Positions 56,425 to 64,000 of a DNA stretch of 64,000 nucleotides are shown piece by piece. Where the stretch lies: NCBI GenBank assembly GCA_046497275.1, contig JAWOFX010000041.1, positions 8,484-72,483 of the forward strand. The letters run 5' to 3'. The position numbers and the translations under genes were made by a program. Source of the stretch: Promethearchaeia archaeon. GTDB lineage: Archaea; Asgardarchaeota; Lokiarchaeia; Sigyniarchaeales; SOKP01. The notes under the pieces were generated by a model, which saw nothing but the letters and a program-made list of their open reading frames with translations, did no database searches and was not told where the DNA came from. Position 1 is the stretch's first letter; the number at the start of each line of letters is the position of its first letter.

Positions 56425-57618
56425 ATGGAAATATATTTGGATTATCAATCGGCAAAACCGGTTGATCCCAGAGTTATAGAAGAGATGATACCCTATTTTA
56501 CTGATAAATTCGGGAATCCAGCATCATTACACAACGTCGGTGATCAAGCTACTGAAGCTCTCAATCATTCTAGAAAACAGATTAAAGATTTCTTGAATGC
56601 CTCTGAGGATTCGAAAATAGTTTTTACATCCGGTGCGACAGAATCCAATAATCTTGCTTTAATTGGAACTGCTAGGAGATATAAAAATAAGGGAAATCAT
56701 ATCATTATTTCAGAAATTGAGCATATTTCAATTCGAAATCTCGCGAAATATTTGGAGAGAGAAGGTTTTAAGGTTAGTAAAATCCCCGTAGACCAATTTG
56801 GGGTCATAAAACTCGCTAAATTAAAGAATTTAATCACTGAAAATACTATTCTTATTTCTATTTCTACTGCGAGTAACGAAATCGGTTCAATCCAACCATA
56901 TGAAGAGATCAGTAAAATTGCTAAGGAGAATAATATAATTTTTCACACAGATGCAATTGCAAGTGAATCAGCATTACCGATTAAAGTGGAAGAAACACCG
57001 TTTGATCTTATAACATTATCCTCAAATGATATATATGGTCCAAAAGGAGTAGGCGCGTTATATCTTCGAAAAGGTTTGCGCTTAAATCCCGTTTTAATTG
57101 GTGGTGGACAAGAATTTGGTATGAGATCTGGATCTCATAATTTGCCTGGAATAGTTGGATTTGGGAAAGCTGCGGAAATTATGAAGAGAGAAATGATTTC
57201 TGAAGATAAAAGACTTTCAGAATATAGAGATTTATTAATTAAAGAGGTAATAGATAAAATTCCAAAATCCTATCTCAATGGGCATCCGACTAAACGATTA
57301 GCTCATAATGCTCACTTTCGTTTCGATTATATTGAGGGAGAATCGTTAATTCTTGATTTAAAAGAAAATAATATAGCTGCAGCAACAGGCTCAGCGTGCT
57401 CATCCAAAACATTGGAACCATCACACACTTTAATTTCTTGTGGATTGTTACATGAAGAAGCACATGGAAGCTTATTATTTACATTAGGGAGATTTACTCA
57501 AAAAGAAGAAATCAATAAAGTGATTGAAATATTACCTGGGATTGTAAAGAGATTGAGGTTATTATCTCCACTTACTCCTCCTGAAATTTTAAAAAAATAT
57601 AATGAGGTGAAAAATTAA
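56425..57618 (+). CDS. iscS: IscS/NifS-like class V aminotransferase-fold protein lacking the PLP-binding lysine
   Basis: TSGATESNNLAL, EIEHISI, HTDAIAS and active-site loop ATGSACSS are present. The canonical S-G-H-K-x-Y-G-P-K-G motif reads SSNDIYGPKG instead (Asp codon GAT at 57028..57030). Confidence 0.8.
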   Translation: MEIYLDYQSAKPVDPRVIEEMIPYFTDKFGNPASLHNVGDQATEALNHSRKQIKDFLNASEDSKIVFTSGATESNNLALIGTARRYKNKGNHIIISEIEHISIRNLAKYLEREGFKVSKIPVDQFGVIKLAKLKNLITENTILISISTASNEIGSIQPYEEISKIAKENNIIFHTDAIASESALPIKVEETPFDLITLSSNDIYGPKGVGALYLRKGLRLNPVLIGGGQEFGMRSGSHNLPGIVGFGKAAEIMKREMISEDKRLSEYRDLLIKEVIDKIPKSYLNGHPTKRLAHNAHFRFDYIEGESLILDLKENNIAAATGSACSSKTLEPSHTLISCGLLHEEAHGSLLFTLGRFTQKEEINKVIEILPGIVKRLRLLSPLTPPEILKKYNEVKN

Positions 57619-57619
57619 A

Positions 57620-58411
57620 ATGAAATCAACCCAATACACTGAAAAAGTAATGGATCATTTTAGAAATCCTCGAAATGTCGGCATTATTGAAAATCCTGAT
57701 GGATATGGAAAAGTTGGAAACCCTGTATGCGGAGATTTAATGGAAATGTTTATAAATGTGGAAAAAGATGAACAAGGAGAGGAATTTATTGAAGACATTA
57801 AATTTAGAACCTTTGGATGTGGATCTGCTGTCGCAACCTCTTCAATGATAACTGAAATGGCTATGGGGATGAATCTTGATGAAGCTTATAAAATTACAAG
57901 AAACGATGTAGCAGATGAGCTTGAGGGCTTACCCCCAATAAAAATGCATTGTTCGAATCTTGCAGCTGATGCATTAAAGGCAGCGATTGATAACTATAGA
58001 AAAGGTACAGAGCCAGAAGTTCAAGTTCAAGCTTCATGTAAACCTATCGATATAAAAATCATTTTAGGTTTGGATGAGTTTCTAGGAAAAGGAGTTTATG
58101 AAAAACTTCCAGATTTGGAAGAATTAAAAGATAAACGCACTCTGATTGTTGATTCAAATGAAAAAGCATTAGAATTCGCTATTGAATTAACAGATTATAC
58201 GAATAGAGTTATTGTAACTACTAATAGAGATGAAATTCCTGGTTCAGAAGAGATGAGAAAAAAGTTAAAATTCTCCGATGTAAAAATATTGAGACAATCA
58301 GAATTAATAGAAATTCAAGGTACTGACAGTGTTGAGAAGGTTCTAATCCATGATTTGGATGAGGATGAAAATTATGAACTATTTGTTGATTCTGTAATCA
58401 TATTAAAATAA
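57620..58411 (+). CDS. iscU: IscU Fe-S scaffold fused to a C-terminal degenerate thioredoxin-reductase-like NAD(P)H-domain
   Basis: IscU ligands are NPVCGD, FGCGSAVATSS and KMHCSNLA. The C-terminal 135 aa or so (from about 58001) resemble the TrxR NADPH domain, but with CATC replaced by EKLP and GGGNSA by DSNEKA. Confidence 0.8.
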   Translation: MKSTQYTEKVMDHFRNPRNVGIIENPDGYGKVGNPVCGDLMEMFINVEKDEQGEEFIEDIKFRTFGCGSAVATSSMITEMAMGMNLDEAYKITRNDVADELEGLPPIKMHCSNLAADALKAAIDNYRKGTEPEVQVQASCKPIDIKIILGLDEFLGKGVYEKLPDLEELKDKRTLIVDSNEKALEFAIELTDYTNRVIVTTNRDEIPGSEEMRKKLKFSDVKILRQSELIEIQGTDSVEKVLIHDLDEDENYELFVDSVIILK

Positions 58412-58660
58412 TTTTTATTTTAATTCTTTATTTAGTTGGATTTTTAAAAATAGAATAAAATCTAAATCCTTTATTGGGATAAATAAGATCGCTTAGTTAT
58501 AATAGAAGAAGTATTATATATATTATAATAAATCATAATCTAATCATTTTTTAATTTTTATAATTCTAATTCTTCAAGGTAATTTTTTTTTAATTTATAA
58601 TAAGAAGAATTAAACATAATCTAGAAATACACACAATAACAAAATTAAAATAATTTTATT

Positions 58661-59011
58661 GTGAAAGCTATGAAAAATAGTAAAGAATTATTACAAGAAA
58701 TACAAGATACTATGAATTCTTTTGGAAAAATTAATCCCGAGGCTATGGAAGGATTTAAAAAATTCATGGATACCTCAAAACAAGATGGTGCGTTATCAAA
58801 AAAGATGAAAGAAATAATCGGTGTTGCACTTTCGGTAAGCAAGCAATGCGAATGGTGTGTAGCACTCCACATTAGGCAGGCTTTACAAGCAGGTGCTACG
58901 AAGGAAGAGATCATGGAAGCATGTTTGGTTGCAGCAATGATGGGTGGAGGGCCCTCATTAATGTTCACGAAAAATGTATTGCAATCAATAGAAGATTTTA
59001 CTAAAAAATAA
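58661..59011 (+). CDS. Carboxymuconolactone decarboxylase (AhpD-like) family protein
   Basis: AhpD-like CxxC in SKQCEWCVALHIRQAL. Length 116 aa. Confidence 0.7.
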   Translation: MKAMKNSKELLQEIQDTMNSFGKINPEAMEGFKKFMDTSKQDGALSKKMKEIIGVALSVSKQCEWCVALHIRQALQAGATKEEIMEACLVAAMMGGGPSLMFTKNVLQSIEDFTKK

Positions 59012-59029
59012 ATAAAAGGTGTTTATAAA

Positions 59030-59422
59030 ATGGTAGATTTTTTAAAAAAAGAGTTGGATATGGATTTTGATAAAGCAGTTAAAAAAGTAGAAACTATTGT
59101 TGAGGAAGAAGGATTTAGTCTGTTGTTGACGAAAGATCTTGATAAGATTTTCAAGAAAAATTTGGGAGTAGATTATTCAAGATATACTATGATTTTAGCC
59201 TGTGCTCCTGAATTCGCAAAAGGGGCTTTAGATGTTTCAAAGAATGTGGGTTTACTCTTTCCTTGTAGTTTTGTGGTATATGAAGACCAAGGGAAAGTTT
59301 TTGTCTCTCACATATCTATTATGAAAATAGCTCCTGAAATTGAGCTTGCTTCTGCAGATGAGATGCAGCCAGTGATTGATATGACGGGAGAAGCAGTCCA
59401 TAAAGCATGGGACAGACTTTAA
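59030..59422 (+). CDS. DUF302 domain protein
   Basis: Size and pattern (EEEGFSLLLTKDLDKIFKKNLG...YTMILACAP...LFPCSFVVYE) match DUF302. Confidence 0.55.
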   Translation: MVDFLKKELDMDFDKAVKKVETIVEEEGFSLLLTKDLDKIFKKNLGVDYSRYTMILACAPEFAKGALDVSKNVGLLFPCSFVVYEDQGKVFVSHISIMKIAPEIELASADEMQPVIDMTGEAVHKAWDRL

Positions 59423-59553
59423 TAATTAAATATTTTTTCTTTTTATTTAGGGGTATCGATACTTATTCTTCTATTTTTAAAATATAAAAGGTAGGCTTTA
59501 ATCAAAAGGAAGTCTATTTCTAAATCAAATAATAAATTATAATTGGTGAGATT

Positions 59554-59676
59554 ATGACAAATGTAGGAGAAGTTTATAAATGTGAGAAATGTGGAAATGT
59601 AGTCAAAGTAATCGAAGAAGGATTTGGCACATTGGTGTGTTGCGGAGAAGATATGGTATTAGTAGAAGAAGAGTAG
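59554..59676 (+). CDS. Desulforedoxin (stand-alone Dx domain, 40 aa), not in the ORF track
   Basis: Translation [40 protein letters not shown] has the Dx Fe(Cys)4 pattern C-x2-C...C-C. Confidence 0.7.
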   Translation: MTNVGEVYKCEKCGNVVKVIEEGFGTLVCCGEDMVLVEEE

Positions 59677-59798
59677 GCATTCTTCTGGTAAAAAGCTTTA
59701 CTTCAATTATTCTTAAATTCTTATTTTTTCTTTAAATGGGTGACTAGTATAAGTAGAAAATAAAAAAATATTTAGATTAAAATTACTGATGAATATTT

Positions 59799-60179
59799 TT
59801 AGCTAACTTTTTCTTCATTTCTCCAGAGTCCGTGAATGTTACAATAACTAAATGCAATAATAGTCCCTGGTTTTTCAGTTTTAAATCTCATTGTCGCCTC
59901 TGGTTCGCAATAGATGGTTGATGTATTAGGTCCTTCTACAGATTCTCCATGTGCGTTAAACTCACATTTACCTATTTCATAGGGATATTTCTCTCCATCC
60001 GGGTGGAATAGCGCCTTAATCCATCTAATATGATGTTCTGTGGTATTTGGATGACCTATCTCCTCTCCAACATGGAGTCTAACTGTGACCATATCTCCCT
60101 TCTTAGCCATATCAATAACGGGCACATGCTTTTCCTTCTTCCAGTCTGCCTCTTGATAAAGTTCGTTATAATCTACCAT
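59799..60179 (-). CDS. sor: Superoxide reductase (neelaredoxin type, 1Fe-SOR)
   Basis: EKHVPVI, HPNTTEHHIRWI and CNIHGLW supply the His4Cys iron ligands. Confidence 0.8.
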   Translation of the reverse strand: MVDYNELYQEADWKKEKHVPVIDMAKKGDMVTVRLHVGEEIGHPNTTEHHIRWIKALFHPDGEKYPYEIGKCEFNAHGESVEGPNTSTIYCEPEATMRFKTEKPGTIIAFSYCNIHGLWRNEEKVS

Positions 60180-60407
60180 TTTTTATAACCTCTTATTATA
60201 GTTTTCTAATCCTCAAATTTCTTGGATATCGATATTTAAAAAAGGAATAAAATCGTTTAAAAAATTATTTTTAATAAATTATTAAGTTTTGGAGGGGAGA
60301 ATCTTTTAAATCTATTTTTGAAAATAGGTGGCTAAGAGATTGATATTCCAATTTTATTCCAATAAGATTTTGAAAAAATTATGTATCCGAAATAGTATAA
60401 AAAAAAA

Positions 60408-61643
60408 TTATATTAGTTGAATACTAGAAGGAAATACCGCAGCTTTTGGAGGTTCCGGATATTCTGTACTTAATTCATTAATTAGATCATCCCATTCGTT
60501 AAATAATTTAACATCTTTAGGGAAAAAATGATATAAATCTGGCTCACTAATGTTTGGTGAGAAGAATAATATCTTTCTTTTTTTAACAAATGCTTTCCAT
60601 ATAACACTATCTCCTAAATTATTATATAATTTGGCTCCAGTCTCAGCGATTAAACTATGATATCCTCTTCCTTCATAGGATGATGACATGAGTACTATAT
60701 GCCCTCTTCTATTTAACATTTTATTTGGCGCAGTCATCAACGCATTAAAACCTTTAACTGACTGATTTAATTCTGAGTCTTCGGGAAAGAGATTGAAAAA
60801 ACAAATGTCATTATCTAAGGTAACTTCTGTGGAATAAGCTTCAGTCGCCAATTCCATCGCTTTTCGATGAGATTGTCTAAAATCTCCCGCTGTGATCCCA
60901 GAGATATCGCCTTTTTCGGTTAAAATCAAATTGATTGAGAAATCTAGTCCGACTATATCTGCAATTTCTTCTATATCTTCACGAACTCCAGTCATTCGAC
61001 CGATGCCTGCTCCTATTCCCCTCATTGCAGCAGAATGATTCGCTTCTAATGTCCGGATTCCACATACTCCAGGGAGGACTATTTTTGCACCACCTCCAAA
61101 TCCCGCTAATGGATGTGGAATTACACCCCCGACAGAAATTTTGAGGTCAGCATTACAATACGTTGTATTGACATCTATAGGAGTACCAATATTTGATTCT
61201 CCAAAATTAGTGAGATTTTCATAAGGATGATGGTTTTCAATATTTAATGTATCTACAACATCTTTCCCTAATTTTAGAATTTGATCCTCCTTCATCATTG
61301 GTTTATGGGCTCCTAAAGCAAAAAGAATGGTAATCTGTTCTCGTGAAATTCCACCTTGCTTAAGTTCCTCAAGAATATAAGGCATTAATAGGGATACAGG
61401 AGTGGTTCGTGTCATGTCATCAACAACAATTACAATTTTCTCCTTTCCTTTTGCTAATTCTGATAATTTAGGTGTTCCGATGGGATTTAAAATACCTTGC
61501 GCAAGCTGATTCCCAGATAATACGGGTCCATTCCATTTATTCATTTTACAAACATTTACTTCCCAAGATTCTGGAAAAGAAATTTCAAGAAATTCGGGAT
61601 CTCGCCATGCTGCCCATGGGATTCTAATTTTATTTTTTGACAT
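60408..61643 (-). CDS. LarA-like (nickel-pincer dependent lactate racemase family, DUF2088) protein
   Basis: VVDDMTRTTP, LGAHKPM and GGVIPHPLAGFGGGAKI resemble LarA family motifs. Confidence 0.6.
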   Translation of the reverse strand: MSKNKIRIPWAAWRDPEFLEISFPESWEVNVCKMNKWNGPVLSGNQLAQGILNPIGTPKLSELAKGKEKIVIVVDDMTRTTPVSLLMPYILEELKQGGISREQITILFALGAHKPMMKEDQILKLGKDVVDTLNIENHHPYENLTNFGESNIGTPIDVNTTYCNADLKISVGGVIPHPLAGFGGGAKIVLPGVCGIRTLEANHSAAMRGIGAGIGRMTGVREDIEEIADIVGLDFSINLILTEKGDISGITAGDFRQSHRKAMELATEAYSTEVTLDNDICFFNLFPEDSELNQSVKGFNALMTAPNKMLNRRGHIVLMSSSYEGRGYHSLIAETGAKLYNNLGDSVIWKAFVKKRKILFFSPNISEPDLYHFFPKDVKLFNEWDDLINELSTEYPEPPKAAVFPSSIQLI

Positions 61644-61916
61644 CTTTATCGTCTTAAATACTTTAAATTTGGGTATTCAATTTTATTCTATATATTTAGT
61701 TTTAGAATTAATTTTATATAATATTTTTAATGTAAAGAAGAACCACAATGAATTTTTCCACGAAATTGCCAATTATTGATTTTTTTCTTTTCTGAACTAA
61801 AGTCTTATACTTTTAACTCATTGTGTTATTTCAATTAAGTAATCTTTAATTTTTAAACAACAATTTTTTAAGGAAACCAACTTAATTGTAATCGTAAACC
61901 AATTAAAAAAATAGAA

Positions 61917-62213
61917 GTGAAACAAATGACATTAGGAAAAATTCCGATAGATTTAAGCAAAGCTAAACAAGAGAATATTGATAAGCAGATATTACGTGCA
62001 GGAATGCTTGCGGAACTTGATGCGATTAATTTATATGAACAGATGGCAGATATGACAGATAATAAACACTTGAAAATGGTGTTGCTTGATATTGCAAAAG
62101 AAGAGAAAGAGCACGTTGGAGAGTTTCAATATATGCTCTTAAAGTTAGATGCTCAACAAAAAGAAGAATTAGAAGAAGGAATGGAAGAAGTGAAAGAATT
62201 AATTGGAGATTAA
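61917..62213 (+). CDS. Small ferritin-like di-iron protein (EncFtn/rubrerythrin-like four-helix segment)
   Basis: AELDAINLYEQMA...LLDIAKEEKEHVGEF carries E...ExxH ligand spacing like encapsulated-ferritin family proteins. GTG at 61917 or ATG at 61926. Confidence 0.5.
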   Translation: MKQMTLGKIPIDLSKAKQENIDKQILRAGMLAELDAINLYEQMADMTDNKHLKMVLLDIAKEEKEHVGEFQYMLLKLDAQQKEELEEGMEEVKELIGD

Positions 62214-62350
62214 ACCCCATAAAAAATTTTATTTTTTTTTCTTATTTTATGAAGTTAGGTATAATATTTAGTTGATTTATCAAAATTTACTTAGATGAGA
62301 ATTAATTAATGAAGAGCTGAATTACTATTTCCAAAAAGAAAGCAATTGTT

Positions 62351-62881
62351 ATGGATAGAGATGGTACATTAAACAAAGATCCGGGGTATGTCCATAAAGT
62401 CGAGGATTTCGAACTACTCCCGGGAGTGATTGAAGGATTGAATCTTTTAAAGCAAGATTATTTATTTTTCATAATCAGTAATCAATCGGGGATAGGACGA
62501 GGTTATTATGAAGAAAAAGATTTCTGGGATTTTACAAATCATTTACTTTCAACCTTAGAAGAAAATGAGATTCATATTGAACGAGTCTATTTTTGTCCTC
62601 ATCATCCAGATATTGATTGTAATTGTAGAAAACCAAACACAAAGTTCATGGATGATATCCTTTCAGAATATAAGATAGATTTAGATGGATCTTGGATGAT
62701 TGGGGATCATCCATCAGATGTACAATTTGGAGTTAATGCCGGCATTAAGTCTGTATTTTTATTAACGGGGCACGGAAAAAAACATCTCCATGAATTAGAA
62801 GAAAAAGAGATTGAACCGACCATAATGGCTAAAAATTTTTTAGATGCCGCGAAATCGATAAAAAACTATTCACATAACTAG
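62351..62881 (+). CDS. HAD-IIIA phosphatase (GmhB / histidinol-phosphatase-like)
   Basis: DRDGTLN nucleophile motif, SNQSGIGRGY, Zn site CPHHPDIDCNCRKP, and GDHPSD. The conserved strand KKAIV lies upstream of the ATG with no canonical start. Confidence 0.7.
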   Translation: MDRDGTLNKDPGYVHKVEDFELLPGVIEGLNLLKQDYLFFIISNQSGIGRGYYEEKDFWDFTNHLLSTLEENEIHIERVYFCPHHPDIDCNCRKPNTKFMDDILSEYKIDLDGSWMIGDHPSDVQFGVNAGIKSVFLLTGHGKKHLHELEEKEIEPTIMAKNFLDAAKSIKNYSHN

Positions 62882-62958
62882 TTAATTATTCATTGATATA
62901 AGGATTCAGTATAAATAAGGGAAATTATTTTTATATTATATAGTGGACCTAATAATAG

Positions 62959-63438
62959 GTGGACTCTATTTTTTTCAGAAAAATAAATAATGCTCAATTA
63001 TGGGATAAGATTCAGAGATTAAGAGAAATTATTAAAGCAGAAAAGAATTTTAAAGAGAGAGTTTGTTGGAAATGCGGAAAAGAACTTAATATTTATGATT
63101 TCTTAAGTGATAATTTGGAATACAGTGCTCTCGGAATTTTTAAGTTATGGCAATCCCCACTCTTAGAATTTCATTGCTGCGACTGCTTCAAATCATTGAA
63201 ATCCCATGAATTAGAACAAATTGAACAAATTTCCAAGACACGAAAATGTCTTTATTGTGATAATGAGATTGATTTATATACTTATGCAAGACGTAATAAT
63301 TATCTTAAAATTTACGAATTAAAAGAGATCTGGCAAGATCCAAAAGCAGAAATTTTTTGCGATTCTCTATGCAGGAAAAAGTATAACCGTGAAGCTGCAG
63401 CAGGCGCACTCAATCTAAAGTTCAAAAATACAAATTAA
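62959..63438 (+). CDS. Cys-rich protein with two tandem zinc-ribbon-like modules
   Basis: Module 1 is RVCWKCGKELNIYDF...LWQSPLLEFHCCDCF. Module 2 is RKCLYCDNEIDLYTY...IWQDPKAEIFCDSLC. GTG start. Confidence 0.35.
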   Translation: MDSIFFRKINNAQLWDKIQRLREIIKAEKNFKERVCWKCGKELNIYDFLSDNLEYSALGIFKLWQSPLLEFHCCDCFKSLKSHELEQIEQISKTRKCLYCDNEIDLYTYARRNNYLKIYELKEIWQDPKAEIFCDSLCRKKYNREAAAGALNLKFKNTN

Positions 63439-63462
63439 ATAAATTTAGATTAGAAATAATTT

Positions 63463-64000
63463 TTACTCTATAGAATCAATCGCAGCAACAATATGCTTTC
63501 TTAAAATATCTTTATCAATTTCTGCTTTTAGTTCTAATAGCCTCCCATTTATATAAATCGCTCTGGAAATTCCATATCTTGTGCAAATAATTCTGTTATC
63601 TGCTGGATATTCATTTAATATGAGTTTATTTCCAAATTCTTTTATAACAGAACGCACTCTTTCTGCCTCTATGGCACTTGTCTGACAGAAGGTATTGTAG
63701 AATAAATCAATAACCACTCTATTCTTTATTTCTTTAAATGAGTAATTTTTTTCTATAAATTGGGGAAGTAATGCATTTTCATTGAATTTTTTCCAGAGAA
63801 GCAATTCAATATCCTTGCGCTGCGCAACTTCAAATCCTAAATGAATAAAATATTCAGCAGGCATAAACCAATTATCCCAATCCATAGCAGAGACTGCGAT
63901 GCCATCTTTTTCTTGTTTTTTAGCCTCATTTTCCCCAGCTTCTATTAATGCTTTTCCAATATTGTGTCCTGAGAAATTTGAATGCGCTACCAAACAAGGG
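63463..64000 (-). CDS. GNAT-like acetyltransferase C-terminal part fused to a thioredoxin-like domain; 5' end outside the window
   Basis: The frame stays open to the window edge (...PCLVAHSNFSGHNIGKALIE is the GNAT motif A region). The C-terminal part VVIDLFYNTFCQTS...AIYINGRLL looks thioredoxin/glutaredoxin-like. Confidence 0.5.
   Translation of the reverse strand, partial: PCLVAHSNFSGHNIGKALIEAGENEAKKQEKDGIAVSAMDWDNWFMPAEYFIHLGFEVAQRKDIELLLWKKFNENALLPQFIEKNYSFKEIKNRVVIDLFYNTFCQTSAIEAERVRSVIKEFGNKLILNEYPADNRIICTRYGISRAIYINGRLLELKAEIDKDILRKHIVAAIDSIE

Noticed and set aside
58645-58968. 107-aa minus-strand ORF overlapping the AhpD-like gene
   Set aside because: The plus-strand frame carries the family CxxC motif (CEWCVALH) and a sensible context. 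The minus-strand product has no recognisable features.
1-64000. Search for CRISPR arrays, tRNA/rRNA genes, transposases, integrases and other mobile elements
   Set aside because: I saw no regularly spaced direct repeats, no T-loop-like GGTTCGAATC motifs or GC-rich RNA-gene islands, and no transposase, integrase or recombinase motifs in any ORF. This was done by eye only, so small RNAs could have been missed.

Overview
This is an AT-rich archaeal chromosome segment. Archaeal markers are TFB, Gar1, ribosomal protein eS26, an ArcS/RaSEA archaeosine pair, TrmY, RNase Z and TATA-type promoters. Two Roadblock/LC7 genes, very large K/N/I/F/Y-rich orphan proteins and Wood-Ljungdahl/corrinoid genes fit an Asgard (Loki-type) genome, but that assignment is inference only. 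I saw no rRNA, tRNA, CRISPR array, transposase or integrase. Recognisable content falls into five groups. (1) Information processing: tandem Lrp/AsnC regulator, arcS-RaSEA, gar1-tfb, Dph6-like, TrmO-like, TrmY, eS26, RNase Z. (2) Metal and corrinoid uptake and use: divergent cbiQO/cbiM-PDGLE cobalt ECF transporter, BtuFCD-like ABC importer, non-Pyl MttB-family methyltransferase, corrinoid protein, CdhE/AcsC. (3) A TusA-DsrE-IscS-IscU operon followed by an oxidative-stress cluster: AhpD-like, DUF302, desulforedoxin, superoxide reductase, ferritin-like. (4) Central metabolism: class I fumarase subunits, ADP-forming acyl-CoA synthetase alpha, class II aldolase, nucleoside hydrolase, LarA-like. 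(5) Several large orphan proteins of 1216, 662, 645, 548 and 449 aa. I cannot name one confirmed novel system. The best candidates are these: an E1/ThiF-like enzyme followed by an unannotated 38-codon signal-peptide-like mini-gene next to the 1216-aa orphan; an unannotated ThiS/MoaD-like beta-grasp gene ending GG-N with no canonical start codon; a SNAP-like TPR protein; an IscS that lacks the PLP lysine inside a TusA/DsrE relay operon, with IscU fused to a degenerate TrxR-like domain; and a 36-nt promoter/operator module shared by the two metal/corrinoid uptake operons. All homology calls come from motif recognition by eye, since no searches were run.
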